Origin: an uncultured bacterium
GTDB lineage: Bacteria > Bacillota > Clostridia > Oscillospirales > Ruminococcaceae
DNA: 53,947 nt
Direction: 5' to 3'
Assembly: GCA_905215595.1 (NCBI GenBank)
Contig: CAJMQZ010000001.1
Coordinates: 1 to 53,947, forward strand
Both the position numbers and the translations under genes were made by a program. Positions 37,001 through 46,837 of the stretch are shown here, in pieces. The notes beneath the pieces were generated by a model. The model made no database searches and was not told where the DNA came from. It saw only the letters and a program-made list of their open reading frames with translations. Position 1 is the stretch's first letter. Every line of letters starts with the position of its first letter.

Positions 37001-38011
37001 ATTCCGGTTCCGGTGATCGGCGGTAAGTCGTTCGGATTCAACCTGTCACCCGTGTCTGTCCCGGCATTTGCCAACGGCGGCATGACGCAGGGACCGTCTA
37101 TTGCTGGTGAGGCTGGCCCGGAAGCCGTTATCAGCTTCCGGCGCGGCGTTCGTGAAAAGAACATTGATACCTGGCTGACCGCTGGTAAGCTGCTGGGCGT
37201 TGGTCTGGGTGATCTGCTGGGGTTGCCCGGCAGAAAGCCGAAGATGTTCGCGGACGGTGGTTTTACAGAAGAAGATTCTAACCTGATCGACTTCAACAGA
37301 GCACGTCGCCAGCAGTATTACAACCAGGTGGCTCAAAGTTTTGACACTATGGTTCAGCCTGTTGCAGCGGCATTGGTACTGGGGTCCGACGCTGGTGTGG
37401 CGTTCAGCCGTATCACGGAGATCGCCAACTATGCAGTAGATGGGCTGGAAACTCTGGCGGCAATGCCGACACCTACCGTGTCGGATGACCAGGGCAAAGC
37501 CCAACAGCTGCTGAACACCGGAATCGGGAAAGTGATTGCTGGTGCCAAGTCTGTTCTTGCAAACGAAAATACTCAGAAGGCAATCCGGTTTATCCGGGGA
37601 GCAGATGCGGAAAAGGCAAAGCTGGAATACGCTGCAAACCCGGACAACTACGACCTGAGCAATGTAAACTTCTTCCCGACGGCTGGAAACAGCGAACTGA
37701 CAAGGCAAAATCTGTCGATGCTGGCAGACCTTCAGAACTACCAGCAGGAAGTAGAGCTGAAGCCCATCGGCGGGAGCGAAGATGCTTCTGGTGGCAGCAC
37801 CGGGAACCAGCGCGGTGGATCGAGCAACAGCTACCAGCGTACCTATACGAGTTCCAGCGGAAACACATATGTTTATGCACCAAACTTCACCATCTACGGC
37901 AGCATGAATGCCGAAGATCTACGTTCCATTATGGACGAAGGTTACGAGAAGTTCTGCGAGTATGTGGAACGGTACGAACGCGAAAAGAGGCGCACGCAGT
38001 ATGGCACTTGA
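34019..38011 (+). CDS. Tail tape measure protein
   Basis: 1330 aa, Ala/Gly-rich, TP901-type core, GEAGPE motif. Confidence 0.92.
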   Translation: MAGNGALDLSIRIMGKVDPSLVTAIKQTKGLTGDLASALTGTKSLGSTVANTLGVIGKTGLGIMATLTTASAVMIKKTTSMAEEYQAQAADAVKYVGGIMNDDGSIDPEKRATMEDAILKMTTQVPIKRDEMAQIAASLGQSGKSYEQIFLDNQQTGEKSYLYDTARLAAAWDIDAKSAADYMAKWETAFGKTHNQIIDIADSINYLGGHMATTAAEIASVVNTSGGVGQTAGVDLHTTSALAATMLAMGVNEGKAGTSLNRVFTNITLGNSATDAQVGAWNRLGFDPVQIAKDMQSTGPNGEDGAASTLYKVFEAISKQDKYQQTATIKTLFGQWAIEGVSKIVGNLPAFQNALLMAGDTSAYSGSMEKELLVRLDTSKAVSQMASNATDRLLINVGNQFLPAKKELTSMWIDIANGITESLPDLSNIVNGILPMLHSALLGIGNAAQAALPWIQKGIDYTTEHGPEVAGAIAAIVAAFGAMSFAPTAYSTGSSLLNTIGNIAIGGKPSGAPGGTFGGITVRNLMGALTPTSLIQRAVGGASFVKSNAGMFAENAKYGVQMAGAGAQQPTTRLGKIGQTLDGAGVGIWATLKNFKGLRSGTKKGNTGFVNDVLEASTNGGLLGVLKNSGSGRYVSNVGQSLGGLKNALVGFGSGNPVGRFIAKTGGVAGQILSGIAGPNGLDLGGMAGGVKNFLGAGKTVIGNGLSNAWQTVSQSKVGSTVLGVGSKVAGAASKIGGGALSTVKGALNVGGAGLNVLGTTVGPVAAKLGGGFMSLLGTFGPVITGIGTIVAAVSLLGDHFEDIRNIVGTVFGEGGLAVFDKFTGKIAGIGDTVKQVFGQLTTPEGLQSIQEKLSGFSIGGLNLGDVFGAMTPAIQTVMPLIESFAGVFSQIVDLGVNHIKPVLTEIFGFIVNEGIPAVMPLLSTVVSLVGTTLVNAIKVAVDLVGKVLPVVEPVILGIIGFLKQVATIGVKAVNFIIGALNKIQLTIPETLFGIPVPVIGGKSFGFNLSPVSVPAFANGGMTQGPSIAGEAGPEAVISFRRGVREKNIDTWLTAGKLLGVGLGDLLGLPGRKPKMFADGGFTEEDSNLIDFNRARRQQYYNQVAQSFDTMVQPVAAALVLGSDAGVAFSRITEIANYAVDGLETLAAMPTPTVSDDQGKAQQLLNTGIGKVIAGAKSVLANENTQKAIRFIRGADAEKAKLEYAANPDNYDLSNVNFFPTAGNSELTRQNLSMLADLQNYQQEVELKPIGGSEDASGGSTGNQRGGSSNSYQRTYTSSSGNTYVYAPNFTIYGSMNAEDLRSIMDEGYEKFCEYVERYEREKRRTQYGT

Positions 38012-38210
38012 TTACACCACAAAGTCCGGTGACACCTGGGATCTGATTGCCCTGAATGTGTACGGAAGCGAGCTGAAAGCCGATTGGCTGATGCAGAACA
38101 ACCCCAGATATATCCATATCGTCCGGTTCGATTCCGGCACGGTGCTGTCAACACCAGCTCTGCCGGCTGAAAAGAGCGGAGACCTTCCGCCCTGGAAGGC
38201 AGGTGCATGA
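38001..38210 (+). CDS. Tail protein X (LysM-like)
   Basis: GDTWD.IA..VYG motif. Confidence 0.85.
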   Translation: MALDYTTKSGDTWDLIALNVYGSELKADWLMQNNPRYIHIVRFDSGTVLSTPALPAEKSGDLPPWKAGA

Positions 38211-39280
38211 TGGTACTGACAGCAGCGAGACCCAAAGGAAGGCAGGCTGCGGTTCTTCTGACCTACGAGAAAACCGATATTTCGGAAGAAATCGCACCTG
38301 ATCTGGAAAGTTTCAAGTACACGGATGTGGCTGAATCCAAAAGCGACAGTGTGAGCATTACAGTCAATGCCAAAGCTGCCAAATGGAAAAATGACTGGAT
38401 GCCGGAAAAGGGCGTGAAGCTCTACCCGGCTATTGTTGTAAAGGACTGGAATATCGGGGGCATTGAGAGCGGCTACAGAGATTACAGCGCCGAGTGCGGG
38501 GCATTCGTGCTGGATGATCTTAGTTTTGCCGGTGCACCTGATTCGCTGACGATGGGCGGCGTGGCAAAGCCGAACGACACCAGCTTCAGCGAGAGAAACC
38601 GGACCTTTACATGGAAGAACACCAGCGTAAAGAAAATCGCTGAAACCATTGCAGGCCGTTACAAATTGGAGCTGAAGTTTGAGGGAGACGACCATGGCAT
38701 TGATGCAAAGGAACAGGACGGAACAGATAGTGCCTTTCTGCAAGATCTGTGCAGCACCTATGCACTGGTTATCAAAGTCTACACTTCAAAGCTCTGGGTG
38801 TACGACCGGGAAAAGTACAAGGCGAAAGATCCTGTATGGACGGTATATGAGAGCCGGCCCGTTGGAAATCCGACGGCCCTGTGCGTAGAGCCGGGAAGTT
38901 TCAAGTGGAACACAAAGCTGACTGGAACATACACGGGCGGCCTTTATACCTACACCAACAAACAGAAAAAAATTAACATCAACGTCAAGGTGGGCACGGA
39001 CGAACGCCAGCTTAAACTTACTGGAAAGGTAAGCAGCGAGGCAGACGCAAAAGCCCGCCTGATAGCGGCCATCAAGAATGCCAACCACGGAGCAACCCAG
39101 ATCAGTTTTACGATGTTGGGCTATCCGGCCGGCGCTTCAGCGCAGTGCTTTAACCTAGTTGGCTATGGAAAGATGGACGGAAAGTATTTCGTTGATCAGA
39201 TGGAACACAGCATATCTCCATCCAGCGGCTACAAAACACAGGTCAAGGCCAGCAAAGTGGAAAAGGAGGATTTCGCATGA
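38207..39280 (+). CDS. Baseplate hub / late control protein D
   Basis: Q...D..FL motif and position. Confidence 0.8.
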   Translation: MMVLTAARPKGRQAAVLLTYEKTDISEEIAPDLESFKYTDVAESKSDSVSITVNAKAAKWKNDWMPEKGVKLYPAIVVKDWNIGGIESGYRDYSAECGAFVLDDLSFAGAPDSLTMGGVAKPNDTSFSERNRTFTWKNTSVKKIAETIAGRYKLELKFEGDDHGIDAKEQDGTDSAFLQDLCSTYALVIKVYTSKLWVYDREKYKAKDPVWTVYESRPVGNPTALCVEPGSFKWNTKLTGTYTGGLYTYTNKQKKININVKVGTDERQLKLTGKVSSEADAKARLIAAIKNANHGATQISFTMLGYPAGASAQCFNLVGYGKMDGKYFVDQMEHSISPSSGYKTQVKASKVEKEDFA

Positions 39281-39885
39281 GCAGTGAAGTGAGATTCGGC
39301 AATGTGAGTTCTATCGACTATGAGGCCGGAAAGTGCGAAGTTACTTACCCAGACAGGGACGACACCGTTACGGAAATGGTGCCGTTTCTGTCCAATGGCG
39401 AGTACCAGACACCGGAAGTTGATGATCTTGTGCTTGTCCTGCATCCAGGAGAAAGCCCGGAGGATGCTGTTGTGGTGGGCACCGTCTGGAATGAAAAGAA
39501 CAAACCGCCTGAAGGAAAAGAAAAAGTCTACCGAAAGGATTATGCCAACTCACGAGGAAAGGCATATCGGAAGTTTGATGCAAATGCAAAAGAACTGACC
39601 GACTATGTGGACGGAAAGAAAATCCTGAAGGCGAAAAGTCTTGAGATCCAGGTGGGCGGTGCAACCGTGACCATCAGCGAGGGCGGAGAAATTAAAGTGA
39701 CATCCCCGGCGGGGATTGCACTTGCGGCATCCGGTGAGCTGAAAATGACGGCATCGACCATCACCGCAACTGCTGGAACCGTGAACATCCAAGGCGGTGG
39801 CGGCGACGTTGTTGTGTCCGGCAAGTCGCTGGTGTCGCATACACACACCGGAAACCTTGGCAAGAAAACATCCGCACCCCTGTAA
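39277..39885 (+). CDS. Baseplate spike (gpV)
   Basis: OB-fold N-terminus, C-terminal HTH metal-binding tip. Confidence 0.85.
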   Translation: MSSEVRFGNVSSIDYEAGKCEVTYPDRDDTVTEMVPFLSNGEYQTPEVDDLVLVLHPGESPEDAVVVGTVWNEKNKPPEGKEKVYRKDYANSRGKAYRKFDANAKELTDYVDGKKILKAKSLEIQVGGATVTISEGGEIKVTSPAGIALAASGELKMTASTITATAGTVNIQGGGGDVVVSGKSLVSHTHTGNLGKKTSAPL

Positions 39886-39897
39886 GGAGGTTTTGGA

Positions 39898-40290
39898 ATG
39901 TATGTTGGAATTTTCGGCGATGTGATTTTCTCTGTGGGACACCTGCGTGTGCTCACCCTGTCAAACTTCAAGGGAACGACCGGCGCAAACTGGGCGGAAC
40001 ATGAAGTTCTGGGAGGAAAAGCACGAGCAGAGTATTTATCACCGAAACTGAGAGAGTACACCTTTGATATTCTTCTGGATGCAGCACTCGGCGTGAATCC
40101 TCGCAAGATGCTGAACCGTCTGACAGAAATGTCAGAGAACGGAGAGATTCATTACCTGATTATCGGGTTTGCACCGGTATCGCAAAACAAGTTTCGGGTC
40201 ACTGAAATAAGCGACAGCTGGGATTCGGTGATAAAACACGGGCTTTTGATGCAGTGCAAGGTGAGCCTGACCATAAAGGAGTACATATGA
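39898..40290 (+). CDS. P2 GpU-like tail protein
   Basis: G.FG...F, W..H and L..KEY motifs. Confidence 0.8.
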   Translation: MYVGIFGDVIFSVGHLRVLTLSNFKGTTGANWAEHEVLGGKARAEYLSPKLREYTFDILLDAALGVNPRKMLNRLTEMSENGEIHYLIIGFAPVSQNKFRVTEISDSWDSVIKHGLLMQCKVSLTIKEYI

Positions 40291-40604
40291 TCGACTTCAG
40301 CAGCACGGTGGTTGAGCTGTCCGGTGACAGCGAAAAACAAAAAGAAGTGCAGGACATTGCAAAGTGCCTTCGCACACTGTATTCCACACCAATCGGGAGC
40401 CAAGAGGGCGACAGAGAACTCGGAATCAATCCAAACATATTTGTCGATAAGCCACTTCCGGTGGCAAAGGGATTATATGTGGCTGAGGTAACAGAGAAAA
40501 CCGCATCGTTTGAGCCGCGGGCAAGAGTGGTGCGGGTGGACTGGCTGGACAGTGATGTGCTGCATGGCGTTGTAATTCCAAAGGTGGTGTACGAGCTTGT
40601 CTAA
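40287..40604 (+). CDS. Baseplate wedge GpW/gp25-like
   Basis: TP.GS...R..G and FEPR motifs. Confidence 0.8.
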   Translation: MIDFSSTVVELSGDSEKQKEVQDIAKCLRTLYSTPIGSQEGDRELGINPNIFVDKPLPVAKGLYVAEVTEKTASFEPRARVVRVDWLDSDVLHGVVIPKVVYELV

Positions 40605-41742
40605 AATAAAAGAGTTTGAGAACATCCCGGACATCGACATTGAAGGCGAAGAAACGCTGGAAGAAGCTGTGGCCGATTGCAAGGCGCTGTTTGGCAAGTA
40701 CAACAAAGAACTTTTCAACGGTGAGGTATCGTTGGAACGGTGTTCTGAAGCACGGCTTGTCCTTTTGACACTGGCACATCGTTCGCATCACAACATGGAG
40801 TACAGCACGGCGTGTCTGAAAGCGGAACTGCTGCCTACGAGCACGGGGCCGAATTTGGACAACCTTGCTCCGCTTGTTGGAGTGGAACGCCTGGAAGCCG
40901 GAAAAGCCACGGCGGTTATTCGATTCACACTATCTGCGCCGAGAACGAGTGCAACCGGAATCCCGGAAGGAACACAGGTGAGAACGGCAGACAAACGGTA
41001 TTTCAAAACCGAAAAGTATGCGGAGATCTTACCCGGCGAACTGACCGTGGACGTAGTTGCCGTGGCGGATGAGGCAGGAAGCAACAGCGATGGGATTGCC
41101 GAAGGCGAAATCAATGTGCTGGTGGATCCTATCCCGTATGTGTCCGGGGCAAAAAGTGTTTCGGCAAGCACGGGCGGTACGGATACGGAAGGTGACGATT
41201 CATTTACCAGACGTATCAACTATGCACCTTCGATTTTCTCCGTGGCCGGTCCGGTGGATGCCTATGAATACTTTGCATCGAGCTGGCGGTCCGATGTGGC
41301 AGATACGAAGATCGTTTGCAAGGAAGGATACACGATCCACATTTACTTTCTGATGGCCGGAGGCAGAGTTCCGACAAGGGAAGAATGTACCGGAATGCAG
41401 GAATATTTCGACACGGTAAAGCGCCCGATGGGTGATCTGGTTATTTGCCATGCGCCGGAAGAAATCCCGTATGACATCGAGCTTACTTACCATATTGCCT
41501 TGAGCAATGTCAAGAATGCATCGACGATTCAGGAAAATGTGGAAGCAGCTGTGAAGGAGTATGAAACCTGGCAGAGAAAAATCGGCCGGGACATCGAACC
41601 GGCGGAGCTGATTATGCGTGTACGGGAAGCTGGTGCGAAACGCCCACGTCTGTTGACACCGGTCGAAACAACTGTCTCCGAAATTCAGGTGGCAAAGCTC
41701 CGAAGCTGCAAGGTGACATACGGAGGAATCGAAGATGATTGA
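40597..41742 (+). CDS. Baseplate J protein
   Basis: G..LD, GG.D.E.D and AGP..AY motifs. Confidence 0.9.
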   Translation: MSKIKEFENIPDIDIEGEETLEEAVADCKALFGKYNKELFNGEVSLERCSEARLVLLTLAHRSHHNMEYSTACLKAELLPTSTGPNLDNLAPLVGVERLEAGKATAVIRFTLSAPRTSATGIPEGTQVRTADKRYFKTEKYAEILPGELTVDVVAVADEAGSNSDGIAEGEINVLVDPIPYVSGAKSVSASTGGTDTEGDDSFTRRINYAPSIFSVAGPVDAYEYFASSWRSDVADTKIVCKEGYTIHIYFLMAGGRVPTREECTGMQEYFDTVKRPMGDLVICHAPEEIPYDIELTYHIALSNVKNASTIQENVEAAVKEYETWQRKIGRDIEPAELIMRVREAGAKRPRLLTPVETTVSEIQVAKLRSCKVTYGGIEDD

Positions 41743-42502
41743 ACTCCACGAAGTTGGCCTAGTCGAAGGGCTACCGCCTGATGTTGCCAAAGAGCCATGG
41801 GTACAGATCCTTGATGCAGTTTTCAGGGAGCGGCGCAAGAAGGAACTGGAAGCTGCCGAACGCTTGAAAATCTACACGGATATTGACCGTGCAGATGAGA
41901 CAGTTCTGGATATTCTTGCGGTTCAGTTCCGCGTTGACTGGTACGACACCAGCTATCCGATTGAAACAAAGCGCAGGATCATCAAAACTGCGCTGGAAGT
42001 CCGTCGGTACTGCGGAACGGAGTGGGCAGTCCAAAAGGCGCTGGCCTCGATTTATCCGAATGTGAAAATAAGTGAATGGTATGACTACGGAGGAAGGCCG
42101 GGCTACTGGCGAATGAACGTAGACATTACCGATGATGGTGTCATTTACTACACACCGGAAGAAATTGAAAAGCGCCTTGGTTATGCCCGGCGCTGTACCG
42201 CTCACCTTGAACACATCATCTACATCGTCGAACCGCATGAACGGTCGCCTGCCTACATCGCCGCAGCACCCAGCGGCATGGCGACATCCTGCACCGTAAA
42301 GCTCCCCGGTAGGATCAAACCGCGAGAGATCGGCGCAAAGGCGTATGTTGCAGGTGCGGTCGGAAGATCGAAAATGCAGGTTGCCGTGGCGCTGCCCGGT
42401 GCCGTTGAAGCAAAGGCTGTGAAAGCACGGGCATTTACGGCAGGCACCGTTGAGCGGTCACACACGGCAATAAACATTATTATTGGAGGACAGACAACGT
42501 GA
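41735..42502 (+). CDS. Baseplate/tail protein I
   Basis: LD.LA..F.VDWY, GT..AV and EW..YGG motifs. Confidence 0.85.
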   Translation: MIELHEVGLVEGLPPDVAKEPWVQILDAVFRERRKKELEAAERLKIYTDIDRADETVLDILAVQFRVDWYDTSYPIETKRRIIKTALEVRRYCGTEWAVQKALASIYPNVKISEWYDYGGRPGYWRMNVDITDDGVIYYTPEEIEKRLGYARRCTAHLEHIIYIVEPHERSPAYIAAAPSGMATSCTVKLPGRIKPREIGAKAYVAGAVGRSKMQVAVALPGAVEAKAVKARAFTAGTVERSHTAINIIIGGQTT

Positions 42503-43611
42503 GTTGGGAAAAATCTAACTACACCGCCGCCGGTGCCGCCCTGCTGTCGGAATCTCTCTCCGGTGGTGCGCTGGTAATCACCCGCGCTGTGAGCGGCACC
42601 GGTACGGCTGACGCAGACCTTTCGGAGGAAACCGGGGTAAGCGGCGAAACACATGACCTGAAATTGCTGGACATCGAAACCGTTGAAAGCGGCGGTGAGA
42701 CGGCTCGGCGGGTAAAAATCCAGATCACCGGTGCGGATGAAACGTACATCATGCATCAGGTGGGCGTTTACGGCAGGCTGAACGACGATGCCGAAACACT
42801 CCTGTTTATTATGCAGGATGCACGCGGAGTGGAGGTCCCGTCCACGAAAGTGAACGGCGATTTTGAGATTGAGCTGTCGGCGCTGCTTGCTGTGTCGAAC
42901 AAGGCCAATATCAGCATTACCGTTGACCCGCAGATGCAGGCTCTCGCAAAAATGGTCAAGGCAGAAGTCGAGAAGCACAACAAAGATGCTTCCGCTCACG
43001 CCGATGCCATCACCGCCGCCGTCGGCAACGCCATGAAATCCCTCAAGGAATCCGGGGACGTTGTAAGCGAAGAACAGGTCAAGGCTCTTATTCAGGAGCA
43101 GGGCAGCTCTGGCGGGGCTGCTATCATCAAGGACATCACGATCCCCGCAGACGGTTGGGACTGGCAGCGGGAATCTGATGACGAGGAAATGCTGGGGATG
43201 GATGACTTCCGGTGTGTTGTCGATGTTGCAGTTGACGACGTGACGGAGGAAATGTTCCCCAGTGTTGCCTTACATAAAGCGGCCCTTGAGGTCGCAAAGC
43301 GTGCCGGGCTTTGTCCGACGGTGCAGGCTCTCGCCGGTGTCCTGCGCTTTTGGGCAAGGAACATCCCGACGGCGGATATGTCCGCCACGGTGGCGCTGTG
43401 GGCACCGGGAGGTACGGCGGGCGGTGGTTCCGCCTATGTGCTGCCTGTGGCGACGGCGACCCGGCTCGGCGGCGTGAAGATTGGTTCCGGCATTTCCGTG
43501 ACGGCAGACGGAACGGTCACCGTATCGACCAGCGGCATCACCCCGGAGGAAGTCGTATCTGCGGCAGACACGGACAAGATGCTGGACGAGATTTTCCCCG
43601 CAGAAAGTTGA
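42499..43611 (+). CDS. Tail fibre base/attachment protein
   Basis: YT.AG N-terminus; H..D..AH and LP.AT...LGGVK motifs. Confidence 0.7.
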   Translation: MSWEKSNYTAAGAALLSESLSGGALVITRAVSGTGTADADLSEETGVSGETHDLKLLDIETVESGGETARRVKIQITGADETYIMHQVGVYGRLNDDAETLLFIMQDARGVEVPSTKVNGDFEIELSALLAVSNKANISITVDPQMQALAKMVKAEVEKHNKDASAHADAITAAVGNAMKSLKESGDVVSEEQVKALIQEQGSSGGAAIIKDITIPADGWDWQRESDDEEMLGMDDFRCVVDVAVDDVTEEMFPSVALHKAALEVAKRAGLCPTVQALAGVLRFWARNIPTADMSATVALWAPGGTAGGGSAYVLPVATATRLGGVKIGSGISVTADGTVTVSTSGITPEEVVSAADTDKMLDEIFPAES

Positions 43612-43640
43612 ACGAAACACCGGCATAACAGGAGGCTTAT

Positions 43641-45074
43641 ATGGCAGACAACAAGTTTGTGACTCTCGAAGCTCTCAAATCCACTACGGTGCGCTTGCAG
43701 CAGGAATGGCTCAAGTCCATCTCCAAGGCGGGTCATGCCCGCTTTGAGGTGGCGGAAGCCATCCCTGACGCATCCGCAGCGCAGGAAAACATCATGTATC
43801 TTGTCATGAACGACAAGACGCAGCACTACGACATCTACGCAAAGGTCAATGATGAGGTCGTCCTGCTGGATGATACCACTGTTGATCTTTCCGGCTACGC
43901 CACCAAGGAACAGCTGGAAGCTGTCTCCGGCGGTCTGGGCGGCACGGTGTACGCCGCGACCAAAGCTGACCTGTCCACTTCCGACGACAGCGTGATCTCC
44001 GGCTACTTCGCCCAGAACACGGACGTAAAGCCCAAGAAGGGCGATGTCTTTGTCGTGACCACCACCGTGGACGGTTCCACCTATGAGCAGTCCGCCTATT
44101 TCTATGACGGTTCTGCATGGGTGGCCATGACCGGTTCCGTGGATGCCGATAAGGTCATCCTGCGGGAGAACATCACGTTGGCCGGTGGCTATACGCAGGT
44201 CGGCAACCTGACCAAGAGCCAGAACGGCACGGCGACCTTCTCCACCAAGGGCAAGAGCGTCATGGATGCCCTGACTGAGATTTTCAGCAAGCGGCTCCAG
44301 CCCAGCATCACCGCCCAGCCGTCCATCGGCACGTTCACGCTGACCGGTGCTGGTGCTGTTGAGGCCGGCACTAAGGTAGCTGCTGCGGCCTACTCTGGCG
44401 CAACGCTGAATGCTGGCTCCTACCAGTACGGCCCGGCAACTGGCGTTGTGGCAACCAATTTCAAGGTGGAACGCATCACCAACGCCGCCACCACGCAGGT
44501 TGCATCCGTGGATGCTGCATCCCTGACCGCTGGTTCTGACGACAACGGCGGCGCTGGTTTCGTCATCGGCGATGCAGGCGGTGACAATGCCGTGTCCAGC
44601 CTGAAGTACCGCGTCACTGCCACCCACGGCGCAGGCGTGACCGCAAAGGACAATCTCGGCGCTGACTCCAGCCCGGTCGTTGCCATTGCGGCGAGCAGCA
44701 AGACCAAGGATACCGCTGCCTACACCCCGTTCCGCAACACTTTCTATGGTGCATCTACCAGCAAGCCTGCTCTGGACAGCGCGGCCATCCGCGCACTGGG
44801 CAAGACTGGCAAGGCGTATGCCGCTGGTACGCTGACCATCAATGTCCCCGTCGGTGCGCAGCGTGTGGCAATCGCCTGCATTGCGACTGCAAAGGGTGTC
44901 ACCAAGGTCATCAACGAGACCGCAATGAACGCAGATGTCACCAGCACCTTTGTCAAGTCCACTGTTCCCGTTGAGGGCGCAAACGGCTATGCCGCGAAGG
45001 AGTACAATGTCTGGGTGTTTGAGCCTGCTGTTGCTTACGGCAACGCCGCAGTTCTCAAAGTCACTCTGGGCTGA
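43641..45074 (+). CDS. Tail fibre-associated beta-rich protein
   Basis: Thr/Ala/Gly-rich, DLSGYATK motif. Confidence 0.65.
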   Translation: MADNKFVTLEALKSTTVRLQQEWLKSISKAGHARFEVAEAIPDASAAQENIMYLVMNDKTQHYDIYAKVNDEVVLLDDTTVDLSGYATKEQLEAVSGGLGGTVYAATKADLSTSDDSVISGYFAQNTDVKPKKGDVFVVTTTVDGSTYEQSAYFYDGSAWVAMTGSVDADKVILRENITLAGGYTQVGNLTKSQNGTATFSTKGKSVMDALTEIFSKRLQPSITAQPSIGTFTLTGAGAVEAGTKVAAAAYSGATLNAGSYQYGPATGVVATNFKVERITNAATTQVASVDAASLTAGSDDNGGAGFVIGDAGGDNAVSSLKYRVTATHGAGVTAKDNLGADSSPVVAIAASSKTKDTAAYTPFRNTFYGASTSKPALDSAAIRALGKTGKAYAAGTLTINVPVGAQRVAIACIATAKGVTKVINETAMNADVTSTFVKSTVPVEGANGYAAKEYNVWVFEPAVAYGNAAVLKVTLG

Positions 45075-45089
45075 TAGGAGGGATAGACA

Positions 45090-45395
45090 ATGGCAGTGAA
45101 TAATACCGCAAAGACCTATGCCAACATGGAGTTCCCGCTGGCTATGAAGCGTCAGGACGCTTTTGCCCTTGATCCTTCCACCGTCTGGCCCACTCTGGCC
45201 GATGCCCAGAACTACGCCAAGACCAATCCGACCGCCTATGTCGGCCAGATGCTGTCCGTCGTTGTGAACGGCACGGCTACTCCGTATGTGATCCAGAATG
45301 CAAACGGCGACCTCGCCCCGTTGGGCGCTGCCGCTGTGACCATTGCTTCGGACGACGAAGCAAACGAAATGCTCACTGAGATTTTCGGCGAGTAA
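45090..45395 (+). CDS. Small tail fibre-associated protein
   Basis: AYVGQ motif; shared C-terminal peptide. Confidence 0.6.
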   Translation: MAVNNTAKTYANMEFPLAMKRQDAFALDPSTVWPTLADAQNYAKTNPTAYVGQMLSVVVNGTATPYVIQNANGDLAPLGAAAVTIASDDEANEMLTEIFGE

Positions 45396-45481
45396 TGCAC
45401 AATCTGTAATCGACCGGCTGTCTGGGAAGTCTGGGCAGCCGGATATTTTATCATGAACAAGTAAGAAAGAGGTATTTTACT

Positions 45482-46327
45482 ATGGCTTACAATGCAAATG
45501 CTCTCGTCCGTCTGGCTGCTCTGAAGGCTCTGGCCGAAAAGACCAAGGCCGAGATCGACAACATCAACACCGACGTTTCCAAGGCCATTAAGTCTCTGGG
45601 CGTTTCCGGCAACACTGTCAGCTTCTACACTAGCGCTGATAAGTCCGGTACTGCGGCATTCACCTTCGACTTCCCGAAGGAGCTGTTCCTCGATCAGGCT
45701 AAGACCACCTTCGTGCAGAAGTTCGCATTCAGCACCGAGACCTACCCCGGCGCTACCGACCCCAAGCTGGCAGGTAAGCCCGTTATGGTTCTGGCTGTGA
45801 AGAGCCAGAACCCTGACAGCTGCTCCTACAGCTTCCTCGATATGTCCGCTCTGGTCGATACCTACAAGGCCAAGGCCACCGGCAAGGATGCTTCCACCAC
45901 CGTTACCATCGCTGGTTATGAGGTGGATGTCAAGGTCAATGTTTCCACTGCTGCCGGCAACGCCCTGGTTCTGAAGGACGATGGTCTGTATGTGGACATC
46001 AGCGGCAAGGCCGACAAGGTGAAGAACGCCACCGCTGGCAACTTCGCCGCTCTGGATGAAAGCGGCAACATGACCGATTCCGGCAAGAAGCCTGCCGACT
46101 TCGTGGCCGCTGAGACCGGCAAGCGTCTGATGACCAACGCAGAAGGCGAAAAGCTGAAGGGCATTTCTGCTGGTGCCACCAAGACCGCCGCCAGCGAGAC
46201 CAACGGTCATATCACCATCGACGGCGTGGACACCACCGTGTACACTGAGCCGTCCGATGTGATCCACGGCACCGTCGCATCCGACAGCGATGTGACCGCT
46301 ATGCTGACCGAGGTTTTCGGCGCATAA
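45482..46327 (+). CDS. Tail fibre-associated protein
   Basis: KADK..GN.A.LD..GN..DSG and K.KL.GI..GA fibre motifs. Confidence 0.65.
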   Translation: MAYNANALVRLAALKALAEKTKAEIDNINTDVSKAIKSLGVSGNTVSFYTSADKSGTAAFTFDFPKELFLDQAKTTFVQKFAFSTETYPGATDPKLAGKPVMVLAVKSQNPDSCSYSFLDMSALVDTYKAKATGKDASTTVTIAGYEVDVKVNVSTAAGNALVLKDDGLYVDISGKADKVKNATAGNFAALDESGNMTDSGKKPADFVAAETGKRLMTNAEGEKLKGISAGATKTAASETNGHITIDGVDTTVYTEPSDVIHGTVASDSDVTAMLTEVFGA

Positions 46328-46411
46328 GCTGACTGACCTTACCAAAGAAGTATGAGGGGCGAGACCGTCACATGGCGGTCTCGCCTGCTTTTTTAGGGAG
46401 GACAAGCGTGA

Positions 46412-46834
46412 ATGAATATTATCGCACTCGTAACCCACCTGAAACTGGTAGCACAGGAAGCAAAGAAGTATGCGGCAAGTCTGGCAAGTGAGCTGTCCAA
46501 TGCAACGCTGGAAGCAATGCAGGAAATGGACAGGGCAAAGGCTGACCGGCTGTCCTCTGTGTCTGTCACGATCAAGGCAGACGGCTGGGTGGAGGATGAA
46601 ACGTGGGAGGAATACCCCATGCGTTATGACATCACTGCCGCAGATGTGACGGCGACCGATCGCGCAGACATCATCTTGTCGCCGAACAGTTTGACCGCCG
46701 CGATGGACTGTGGTGTCTGTCAGACCTGCGAAACGCAGACCGGGAAAATTTGTATCTGGGCGAAGAAAGCCCCGGCGGAAGCGCTGACTGCTGAGTACCG
46801 GATCATTCAGGGCGAAAAGCCAAAGGAGGACTAA
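46412..46834 (+). CDS. Tail fibre-associated protein
   Basis: TI.ADGW domain similar to that in 42499-43611. Confidence 0.6.
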   Translation: MNIIALVTHLKLVAQEAKKYAASLASELSNATLEAMQEMDRAKADRLSSVSVTIKADGWVEDETWEEYPMRYDITAADVTATDRADIILSPNSLTAAMDCGVCQTCETQTGKICIWAKKAPAEALTAEYRIIQGEKPKED

Positions 46835-46837
46835 CAC

